Source of the DNA: a virus
Taxonomy: Duplodnaviria; Caudoviricetes
Virus record (IMG/VR): IMGVR_UViG_3300005095_000122
Span: 1-62,732 of that record
Direction: 5' to 3' (one strand)
Length of the DNA: 62,732 nt
A model generated the notes under the pieces. It was not told the origin of the DNA. It saw only the letters and a program-made list of their open reading frames with translations, and ran no database searches. How positions within the stretch are numbered: the first letter of the stretch is position 1; every line of letters begins with the position of its first letter. Of this stretch, positions 55,617 through 62,732 are shown piece after piece. Position numbers and translations under genes: made by a program.

Positions 55617-58376
55617 ATGTACGACTCGGCTTTGCAACACTCACCGAATCTGCTCTTCAAAGACCCCACCGAGAACTGCGTCCAGTGCCGACTCTCACAG
55701 CGCGACAACTCTCACCCGGTACCGTTTGAACTTCCTCCGGACCCCACAGCCCCTTATCTGCTGGCCGTGGGCCTCGGCCCGGGGCGGGAGGAAGTGCAAC
55801 GAGGACGACCTTTTATCGGGCCGTCAGGACAACTGCTTCGTACTACCTTGACAACAACTTGGGCACGTGTGGCGCGCATTCCTCTTCTTACGGCGACAAA
55901 CCAGGTAACCCATTTGGTGGGGTATGCAAATTCCATTCGGTGCCAGCCTCCGAAACACCAGCCAACTCCGCAGGATCTCCGCGCGTGCACTCCAGTTTTG
56001 CAGGAACTTCTTCGACAGTATCCTCCACGCGCCATCTTGGCGCTAGGAGAGTATGCGATCAAAGGACTTTTTCCAAAGGCTCCACAAAAGTTTTGGTCGG
56101 CAAAGATTTCTTCACTCCGGTCGCGCATCATTCCACTTCACATCGGCGACCGAACCATTCCCGTGGTGCCCACCTACCATCCGAGCTACATTCTCCGCTC
56201 GGGCGAAAACAAATCGTTCTTTGCACAAGATCTCGAATTAGCTTTTCAAGTCTTTTTGCAACCACCGGAACTGCCGAAGCCGCCAAAGGCCCGGGTCGAG
56301 CACGTTACACTAACCCGTTTGTTAGAGTTATTGCAACAACACAAGCCCAGAGCCGTTGCCTTTGACTTTGAAACCGTCGGCCTAGATCCGCACAGTCCGC
56401 AATCACAGCTTTATACCGTGGCAATTGCGTATTATCACCAGGGACAATTGCTATCTTTTGCTGCACCAATTGCAAATCAACCGGACGCAGCTTGTTTTAC
56501 TCAAATCTTTACCTATTTGATAGACAACCAAACCACTTTAATAGCTCACAACCTGGCTTTTGAATTAAGATGGTTGCTTTATACAATAGCCAATCAAGTA
56601 AATCCGGGCCGACGCGACCAGCTAGCGAGACGCATTTTGGACAAAATTAGCCAACAATCTCATATCTTTGAAGATACACAGCTTTTGGAGTACATCCGTT
56701 GCGAGTTCGCACCCCTCTCTCTAAAAGCATTAGGTACGGTATATTTTGGATTGGAAGATTGGTCCGTAGATGTTGCGAATGTAGCACGACTACCTCTTAA
56801 CAAAGTTTTAACGTATAACGCTTTAGACTCAGCCTATACGCTAGCCCTTTACCAAGCCCAATTGGCATTTTTGCAAAATGATTCCAGATTAAACAAGTCT
56901 CTAGACAGGGTTTATCGCCAGATACTCATTCCGGCTACGTTGCGTTTCCAAGCATTGGTTTTCCCGGGGGTCCCGTTTAACCCGCAAACTTCGGCAGAAT
57001 TGGAGGACAAGTTCTCAGCCGAATTGCAAGCGTCCATGCGCAAGATACGTCTTCATTTGCCGGAAGATCTCAAATCCATGAATCTAAACTCAGTCCACCA
57101 ACTTAGAAATTATTTTTATGTGTTGAAGCGCTATCCTCCGATAGTGCAGCGCGGAAGGCATTTTGAAGTAGATCCCAAGGCTTCACCTTTTGAGGCGTCC
57201 ACGGCAGTTGAAGCGTTGAAGATCCTGGCCGAGAAGCATAAAGATCCGGTAGCAAAACACCTTTTGGCGTATCGCAAGGCCCAAAAGATCGTCTCGACGT
57301 ACATCCGCGGCCTGGCGAAGCACGTGACAAAGACAACCGTTCCGCAGATCCCATTTGCTCTTCGTCCCTTTGGGAATCTTTCGACAACCGTAACCGGTCG
57401 CACTTCGTTCAACTCGCCAAACATTCAAAACTTTCCCAAACGCGAGCTTCCCGAGATCCGAAACGTGATCGAGGCCCCACCGGGTCATCTCATCGCAGCA
57501 TTTGACCAAGGCCAAATCGAGGCCCGCTTTTTCGCAATCGTTTCAGGAGACCCCAATTACCTCAAAGCCCTACATGAGGGCTACGACATCCACGCCTTTT
57601 TCGCAAAAATGGCTTATGGTGTAACTTATGAGGGGGCAGATCCCCAAGAGGATGCGTATGTGTGTCGCTTGATTCGCGTACGTTCCTTGGAAGTTCTCGA
57701 CAAGAAGACCTTTAAAAAATACCGATCAACGGCCAAAAACGGTTTCACTTTTCCATGTTTGTACGGAGCAGGCGTTGAAACCATCGCCACAGGTCTTTCA
57801 AAGATAGGTCGCCAGGTGTCCCCCGATCGTGTGCGGCTAATGCAGCAAGAGCTTTGGTCGAGGTTTCCCCTTCTCCAGCAGTTTGTCCACTACGTACATT
57901 CGTTTTATGAGGAAAACCATTACCTAGTTTCGTTATATCACCGCTACCGCCGCCCGCCTATTTCCTACACGCAGCGGGTCAACTTTATCATTCAGTCCTC
58001 CGCTTCGGATACCGTATTGGTGACCGGTCTTCTTTTGTCACTTTTCTATTTCTGGCTCTTTTTCATTCACGATGACAATTCGTTTATCCTTCCCGAGGAT
58101 GATTTGTTAGAGCGGCGGTTAAACAACATAGCAGCGCTTATGATCGCCTATCCCTGGACCTACTTGGCCCAGGCCCCCTCCGAGCTGTTTAAAGCCTATA
58201 TTCCTTTTGAGATAGAGATTTCCTTGGGAAGGCGTTGGGGAGAGTTGGAGGAAGTAAAAACAATTTCCGCAGATGATTTGGGCTTAAACACTTTGGAAGA
58301 AGCGTTGAACGCGTTGCCGGAGATGATCGCAGAGGCCCAGGAACTATCTCCCAACTACGACTTTTTGCAGATTTGA
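55617..58376 (+). CDS. Family A DNA polymerase with N-terminal family-4 UDG-like domain and 3'-5' exonuclease
   Basis: UDG-like: CxxC, GLGPG.EE...G.PFIGPSG, N..RC.PP, TYHPSY. Exonuclease: DFET, AHNLAFE, YNALD. PolA: TGRTS, NIQN, DQGQIEAR, R..AK....F...YG, HDD. Confidence 0.93.
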   Translation: MYDSALQHSPNLLFKDPTENCVQCRLSQRDNSHPVPFELPPDPTAPYLLAVGLGPGREEVQRGRPFIGPSGQLLRTTLTTTWARVARIPLLTATNQVTHLVGYANSIRCQPPKHQPTPQDLRACTPVLQELLRQYPPRAILALGEYAIKGLFPKAPQKFWSAKISSLRSRIIPLHIGDRTIPVVPTYHPSYILRSGENKSFFAQDLELAFQVFLQPPELPKPPKARVEHVTLTRLLELLQQHKPRAVAFDFETVGLDPHSPQSQLYTVAIAYYHQGQLLSFAAPIANQPDAACFTQIFTYLIDNQTTLIAHNLAFELRWLLYTIANQVNPGRRDQLARRILDKISQQSHIFEDTQLLEYIRCEFAPLSLKALGTVYFGLEDWSVDVANVARLPLNKVLTYNALDSAYTLALYQAQLAFLQNDSRLNKSLDRVYRQILIPATLRFQALVFPGVPFNPQTSAELEDKFSAELQASMRKIRLHLPEDLKSMNLNSVHQLRNYFYVLKRYPPIVQRGRHFEVDPKASPFEASTAVEALKILAEKHKDPVAKHLLAYRKAQKIVSTYIRGLAKHVTKTTVPQIPFALRPFGNLSTTVTGRTSFNSPNIQNFPKRELPEIRNVIEAPPGHLIAAFDQGQIEARFFAIVSGDPNYLKALHEGYDIHAFFAKMAYGVTYEGADPQEDAYVCRLIRVRSLEVLDKKTFKKYRSTAKNGFTFPCLYGAGVETIATGLSKIGRQVSPDRVRLMQQELWSRFPLLQQFVHYVHSFYEENHYLVSLYHRYRRPPISYTQRVNFIIQSSASDTVLVTGLLLSLFYFWLFFIHDDNSFILPEDDLLERRLNNIAALMIAYPWTYLAQAPSELFKAYIPFEIEISLGRRWGELEEVKTISADDLGLNTLEEALNALPEMIAEAQELSPNYDFLQI

Positions 58377-58385
58377 GAAGCAAGA

Positions 58386-58802
58386 ATGCAGATAACGGAT
58401 TTGATAGACCAGACCCGGCGAGCATCTAAGTGTCAGGAGAGATTCGGTTCGCCACAGATTAAAAAAGACAGAGGCGGTGTAGGGATGATTTTTGGAGTGG
58501 TGTGTGGTTTTATACAATTGATGCTAACAGGTTTCTTTATCGAATACGACCTGGCAGCGGTGCGTGATCTAGTGATATTTTCGTTAGTATCTGCTTTTTT
58601 AGCTTTTTTGTTGTTACTAATTTGGGTGGAGCACCGAACCCATTCGTTTGAGTCTTGGGTGCGAAGGGCAGGTGTTTATGGGTTTTTGATGACAGTTGTA
58701 GTTGGCTTGGTAGTGATAAACAAGCAGCCACATCATTTGTCTTTATTTTTGGGACTGTTGGTGTTAATCAGTTTTTTCCTAGATTTAAGGCGAGTGTTTT
58801 AG
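58386..58802 (+). CDS. Multi-pass membrane protein
   Basis: About four hydrophobic segments; the true start may be the ATG at 58485. Confidence 0.6.
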   Translation: MQITDLIDQTRRASKCQERFGSPQIKKDRGGVGMIFGVVCGFIQLMLTGFFIEYDLAAVRDLVIFSLVSAFLAFLLLLIWVEHRTHSFESWVRRAGVYGFLMTVVVGLVVINKQPHHLSLFLGLLVLISFFLDLRRVF

Positions 58803-58806
58803 GTGG

Positions 58807-59097
58807 TTGGAAATGTTGCGACCGAAGTTTAAATACTTTATAACGTATCGCGTAGGGGATTTAGACGCGCGGGGCATAGGACGGCACTATTTGGCGGTTA
58901 ATCTTCCGGCCAAATTGATAATGGTAAACAAACCTTTGGCTCATAGCCCAATAATGAAAGACCCAAATTTTTGGTTAGATGAAGATGAGTGCCGACTGTT
59001 TGATCAATTGGGACTTTGCTTGGACGGGTTTGTGTTGCGGTCCGTTTATCGAGACCGATCATTTAAAATCGAGTGCAAGGACCGGGAAAGGCCTTAA
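58807..59097 (+). CDS. Hypothetical protein
   Basis: 96-aa ORF in series. Confidence 0.5.
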   Translation: MEMLRPKFKYFITYRVGDLDARGIGRHYLAVNLPAKLIMVNKPLAHSPIMKDPNFWLDEDECRLFDQLGLCLDGFVLRSVYRDRSFKIECKDRERP

Positions 59098-59129
59098 ACG
59101 TTAGTAAACCAAAAATTAGGGGGTAAAAG

Positions 59130-59594
59130 ATGTCGCGAGAAACAGAACTTGTTTTGGTGTCGGAGTTTATAGGGGCGATTATGTTTGATTTGGGTTCGGT
59201 AGAGGTGACACCCACAGCGGCGAATTACATAGCCAAGGCTTTGTCAGGCAAGAAAGGCGGGAAGGTTGTGTCGTTGATAGCTCGCCACGCGGAGTATTCA
59301 ACAACGCAGCCCATTTTTTATGTGATTGCACGCAGAAAGGCCGGAGATTTCAGCGTGGAATCGTGGCTTCTTCCTTTGTTAAACGAGCAGCTTCTTCCAG
59401 ATTTAAAGGACTTGTTGAAACGGTCTGGATTGGAAGAGCCGCACGACATAACCGCTTCGTATGTGGTGGTAATTCCTACGACCAAGTTCTTGCATACGTC
59501 AGAATTGGAAGAGAAGCCCAAGTTTGACGTGTACGAGCCTACTTTTCAGGAAGTGCGTTTTAAGGTGCGCAAGGCATTGGGGGAATTGGGGTAG
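59130..59594 (+). CDS. Hypothetical protein
   Basis: 154-aa ORF with RBS AGGGGG. Confidence 0.6.
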   Translation: MSRETELVLVSEFIGAIMFDLGSVEVTPTAANYIAKALSGKKGGKVVSLIARHAEYSTTQPIFYVIARRKAGDFSVESWLLPLLNEQLLPDLKDLLKRSGLEEPHDITASYVVVIPTTKFLHTSELEEKPKFDVYEPTFQEVRFKVRKALGELG

Positions 59595-59639
59595 TCGAGA
59601 AGGCCCTCTGAGCCGCCAGGGTGAGTGTCGGGAATTTTA

Positions 59640-59675
59640 AACTTGACACCGACCTAAGCCGATGATAGGATTAGA
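59640..59675 (+). promoter_or_regulatory. Sigma-70-type early promoter, copy 2
   Basis: 36 bp identical to 47703-47738. Confidence 0.88.
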
Positions 59676-59701
59676 GACAAGAAACAGTTAGGGGGCATCA
59701 G

Positions 59702-59812
59702 ATGAGATGGATAGTTTATTTACCGGCAGCTTTAGTGGTGTATATGATAGGAGATTTTGTGTGGAGTTTCATAAAGTATTTAGAAGTTTTCCAGGCGTTG
59801 GTGAAACACTAA
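59702..59812 (+). CDS. 36-aa hydrophobic peptide (not in ORF track)
   Basis: MRWIVYLPAALVVYMIGDFVWSFIKYLEVFQALVKH; RBS AGGGGG; the only ORF between promoter 2 and a terminator. Confidence 0.65.
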   Translation: MRWIVYLPAALVVYMIGDFVWSFIKYLEVFQALVKH

Positions 59813-59871
59813 GATCGTGGTAGATTTCAAGTACTTCCTCACCATCCGGACCTCCAAGGCACCTCCCTTGT

Positions 59872-59898
59872 CCCCGGCCCCAAAGGCCGGGGTTTTTT
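59872..59898 (+). terminator. Intrinsic terminator
   Basis: CCCCGGCC-CCAAA-GGCCGGGG-TTTTTT. Confidence 0.9.
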
Positions 59899-59912
59899 AT
59901 TTAAATTTTTTC

Positions 59913-59948
59913 AACTTGACACCGACCTAAGCCGATGATAGGATTAGA
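59913..59948 (+). promoter_or_regulatory. Sigma-70-type early promoter, copy 3
   Basis: 36 bp identical to copies 1 and 2. Confidence 0.88.
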
Positions 59949-59971
59949 ACAAAACAAGGGAGGTAGTCGAG

Positions 59972-60481
59972 ATGAAAGAGCTCATGAGTGTTTACCAAGT
60001 CCTAGAAAGACAGGTCGAAGAGGGTAAGTGGACTCCCGCTGAGCTCGAAGAGTTCGCTCAGCGGGTTTTGACGTTGGCAAAAAAGGCGCGGCAGCAGAAC
60101 GGCAGCTTCGCCTTTTTTGTTTCTGTGGGGCCGGTTGACCCACGTAAAGGCAAGCCCTACGTAGCCCGCCTTTATCTCGACACATCGGGAAAACTTTGTC
60201 GGGAGTTCTTTGAACTAGACTATACATGGGGCAAGAAGTCAGTACACATGAAGGGTAGTTTCGAGGCTCGCTCAGGTGACATTATCGAGATCCGTTGGGG
60301 CGGGTCGTGGCGGAACGACTATCGCTATTGGTATTGGGTGTCGTCAGATGGAGACCTCATTGAAGTTGCAGATATAGGACACGCAGAGGAAAAGGCAGCG
60401 GTCCTCGATTATCTCAAGACTGGGGATGAGACAGTTTTGACTATGAAGAACGTTGAAGAACGCGTGCGGCGGATTGACTAA
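59972..60481 (+). CDS. Hypothetical (probably early) protein
   Basis: Strong RBS AAGGGAGGT; KPYVARL...REF...GDIIE...GSWRNDYRYWY. Confidence 0.7.
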   Translation: MKELMSVYQVLERQVEEGKWTPAELEEFAQRVLTLAKKARQQNGSFAFFVSVGPVDPRKGKPYVARLYLDTSGKLCREFFELDYTWGKKSVHMKGSFEARSGDIIEIRWGGSWRNDYRYWYWVSSDGDLIEVADIGHAEEKAAVLDYLKTGDETVLTMKNVEERVRRID

Positions 60482-60487
60482 GCTGCC

Positions 60488-60518
60488 AGGGGCCTTCGGC
60501 TGGAGGCCCCTAATTTTT
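60488..60518 (+). terminator. Probable intrinsic terminator
   Basis: AGGGGCCTTC-GGCT-GGAGGCCCCT followed by AATTTTT. Confidence 0.6.
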
Positions 60519-60532
60519 CTAGGGGGTGTTGA

Positions 60533-62314
60533 ATGCTAGGAGATCCGTTACAACTACAAGCGGTCGTGGATAAGCATCTGCGACCACTGGTGCGCAAACT
60601 GGCACCGAATATCCCGCCACATGTAGTGGAGGACTGGCAAGACGAGATCGTAGTTCGGGTATATGAAAAAGCAGCACGGATGCCCTACATTGGCACACAA
60701 CGGCAGCAGGACCGCTGGTTGCAACTCACCGTTCGTTCTCAATTCTTCGACCTACTTCGATCTTACTTGGCAGAAGTAACGCTAATTCGCGTCAACCGCG
60801 ACCAACTCTTTCCTCAAACCGCTTTTGAAGACCAAGACGAAGACCAGCCCACTCAAACGTTTGTGTCCCAACTAACACCCGACCTACTACTCCAGCTATA
60901 CGAGCTTGGCTACGAGCAACTTGACGATCTTTTTGGTCAATCGCTCCCCGCCACGTCGAAGCGCAAGCGCATTACTCTCTTTGAAGCCTTTTTAACAGGG
61001 TTTCCCGGCTCTTATCCCACGACCTTTTCCGAGTTTCTTACCATGCTCTATTCCCAGGGCTGGTATGGTTCTCCCAAAACCGTTTGGACAAAGTTTTCCG
61101 ATTTTGAATTTACCCCGGGAGGCATAATCATGCGCATGACAGAAAAGACCCTTAACAAGATTTCACAAGCCTTTCAAACCGATCTCACCAAACTAACCCC
61201 TCACCAGCAGGTCGTTTTGTTGATTTATATTTTAGAAGGGACAACACCATTCCAGCTTTTGGGCATCAACCCCACTTTTGAGCCTTTTTACCGACAACTA
61301 ACAGACCGCCTAACCCCAGTTGATCCTTTTGCATTGCCTCCAGAAATTGTGCAACAAATACGGAAGATGTATCTTTTACTGCTTGATGGTCATTCCCTTG
61401 ACTTTGCGCTACCGCGCAAGAAGCGACAACGTGTGCGTCGTGAGGATATTTTTGTAAAGCAGGGAAGCATTTCGGGACCATTTGTGCGGGTAAGCGAAGA
61501 CGGCCAGGTGCAATCGAATTGTCCTCGAGACGTTAGCAATACTAAAACAAATGATTTGGGAGGTTTGATTATGAAGTTGCAAGATTTGATTGAGCAGACG
61601 AAGGTGGCTCAGGAAACACAGCACGCACAAGCGGAGGCTCAGCTCCAATCCCCGGCCGAGGACGTGCAGCCCACGGCCCAGCCGGAGGCCCAGGAGCCGA
61701 AGAAGGCCAAGACTTCTAAGGCTAAGAAGGCCAAGACTTCTAAAGCTAAGAAGGGCAAGACTTCTAAGGCCAAGAAGGACACAAAGTCGAAGAAGGACGA
61801 ACAGTCTCAAGAGGCCCAGGCTCCTACCGAGGACGTGCAGCCCACGGCCCAGCCGGAGTCCCAGGAGCCGGTCCAGCCGGAGGCTCAGCCTGCGGAGACG
61901 CCCAAAAAGAGAGGGCGGAAACCGAAGGCGGAGGGAAAGGGAACGAGTCGGACAAAAACCCCTCCAGAGGTAAAGGAAAAAGTTACAGCTTTTGTGGAGC
62001 AACAGTTCAACTCTGGTATTCAGACATTTGCAGAGATTTGGCCGCTAATCCAACAGAACCCCGAGTTTGAGGGTGTGACCGAGCAGTTTGTGAAGCAGCA
62101 GATTGGTCGTCTTCGCAAGCAGGCAGGCCAGATACAAAAGGTTCGCATCACGGCCCCTTGGGTACGCATTGTTTGTGAATTGGTCAAGCAGGGAGTCACC
62201 AGTTTGGAGGAAGTACAGAAGCACTTGCGCCAGCAAGGTTTTAATGTGAAGGACCGTTTTGTTTATCAACGGATTGAAGAGGCCAAAATGGTGTTTGGCC
62301 AAAACCAGGGCTAG
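60533..62314 (+). CDS. Multidomain DNA-binding/transcription protein: sigma-region-2-like N-terminus, histone-H1-like Lys-rich repeats, AT-hook-like motif, C-terminal HTH-like helices
   Basis: VEDWQDEIVVRVY...RWLQLTVRSQFFDLLR; KKAKTSKA x3; KKRGRKPK; internal GGAGG+ATG at 61130 and 61571. Confidence 0.55.
   Translation: MLGDPLQLQAVVDKHLRPLVRKLAPNIPPHVVEDWQDEIVVRVYEKAARMPYIGTQRQQDRWLQLTVRSQFFDLLRSYLAEVTLIRVNRDQLFPQTAFEDQDEDQPTQTFVSQLTPDLLLQLYELGYEQLDDLFGQSLPATSKRKRITLFEAFLTGFPGSYPTTFSEFLTMLYSQGWYGSPKTVWTKFSDFEFTPGGIIMRMTEKTLNKISQAFQTDLTKLTPHQQVVLLIYILEGTTPFQLLGINPTFEPFYRQLTDRLTPVDPFALPPEIVQQIRKMYLLLLDGHSLDFALPRKKRQRVRREDIFVKQGSISGPFVRVSEDGQVQSNCPRDVSNTKTNDLGGLIMKLQDLIEQTKVAQETQHAQAEAQLQSPAEDVQPTAQPEAQEPKKAKTSKAKKAKTSKAKKGKTSKAKKDTKSKKDEQSQEAQAPTEDVQPTAQPESQEPVQPEAQPAETPKKRGRKPKAEGKGTSRTKTPPEVKEKVTAFVEQQFNSGIQTFAEIWPLIQQNPEFEGVTEQFVKQQIGRLRKQAGQIQKVRITAPWVRIVCELVKQGVTSLEEVQKHLRQQGFNVKDRFVYQRIEEAKMVFGQNQG
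61656..61870 (+). repeat. Intragenic repeats: a 44-bp pair flanking a 24-bp x3 tandem
   Basis: 61656-61699 vs 61827-61870 differ by one base; AAGAAGGCCAAGACTTCTAAGGCT-like units at 61700-61771. Confidence 0.88.
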
Positions 62315-62324
62315 GGGGTATTAA

Positions 62325-62732
62325 ATGATTCAGGTAAAAACCTATTCGGAAGAGGACTTAGACCGTATTGAGCGACAATTAAATAGGCGGAATGCGTATT
62401 TAGTGCCCGAAGTAGAGGTATTTGAGCCGGCGCAAGGCGACCATGCCATTAGAATTATTCCGCCGCGGGCAGATGATGATTTGGCAAGTGCGTTTTATTT
62501 GACGATACGTACTCACTACCTAGGACAAAACTATCTTTGTCCTAGGTCGTTGGATAATTCCCAAACTTGTCCGGTTTGTGACAAGTTTTTTGAGCTGCGG
62601 GGACAGGGGCAGCCCCAGGAAGTTTTGCGTCAGATCTCCGGTGTAAAACGAAATCTGGTTTGGGTATGGGTGATTTCGCTCCAGCCAGGAGTGCCGTCAG
62701 AGCCGGTGTTGCGTCTCTATCCCATGCCCGAC
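62325..62732 (+). CDS. gp32-like SSB, 5' part (continues across the junction to 802)
   Basis: RBS AGGGGG and ATG 62325; MIQVKTYSEEDL...IRIIPP...THYLGQNYLCPRSLDNSQTCPVCD; no stop before the window end. Confidence 0.75.
   Translation, partial: MIQVKTYSEEDLDRIERQLNRRNAYLVPEVEVFEPAQGDHAIRIIPPRADDDLASAFYLTIRTHYLGQNYLCPRSLDNSQTCPVCDKFFELRGQGQPQEVLRQISGVKRNLVWVWVISLQPGVPSEPVLRLYPMPD
62642..62732. repeat. Terminal direct repeat, copy 2
   Basis: Identical to nt 1-91. Confidence 0.97.

Noticed and set aside
59640-59948. 36-bp identical repeats as a mini CRISPR array
   Set aside because: The copies are 237 bp and about 12 kb apart, contain a -35/-10 promoter, and flank an ORF and terminator; no cas genes are present.
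320-62302. Minus-strand ORFs in the track (e.g. 320-859, 20702-21433, 61409-62002)
   Set aside because: They lie antisense to well-supported + strand genes, show no recognisable motifs, and the Arg/Leu-rich ones mirror repeats on the + strand.
18257-62314. Alternative genetic code explaining the many fused ORFs
   Set aside because: TAA, TAG and TGA all end well-defined genes and core genes are full length under code 11, so the fusions are not a recoding artefact.

Overview
This window is an apparently complete, circular tailed-phage genome of 62,641 bp; nt 1-91 are repeated exactly at 62642-62732. Essentially every credible gene is on the + strand. It encodes a T4-like recombination/replication suite: gp32-like SSB spanning the contig junction, UvsY-like protein, RecA/UvsX, SbcD/SbcC, clamp loader, flap nuclease, DnaB/gp41 helicase, Hjc-type resolvase, SNF2 helicase, primase, a probable sliding clamp and a UDG-fused family A polymerase. 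It also carries terminase, an HK97-type head, a long tail with no recognisable sheath, GH108 endolysin, ThyX, dCMP deaminase, dNMP kinase and a sigma-70-family factor. No integrase, repressor, tRNA or CRISPR array was recognised. The most striking element is a cassette inserted between terminase and portal (about 13.8-18.2 kb). It encodes a PP-loop/PAPS-reductase-like enzyme and a candidate ubiquitin-like conjugation pathway: a predicted beta-grasp Ubl with no C-terminal Gly and a Zn-ribbon extension, a ThiF/E1, an E2-like protein (HPN...C) and a JAB/JAMM protease. Other oddities are a portal-MuF-zincin fusion with a possible immunity gene, a PEP-CTERM surface protein, an orphan CheY-like receiver in the tail operon, three identical 36-bp sigma-70 promoters, and a short transcript with anti-Shine-Dalgarno motifs. 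All calls come from motif reading by eye; no database searches were run.
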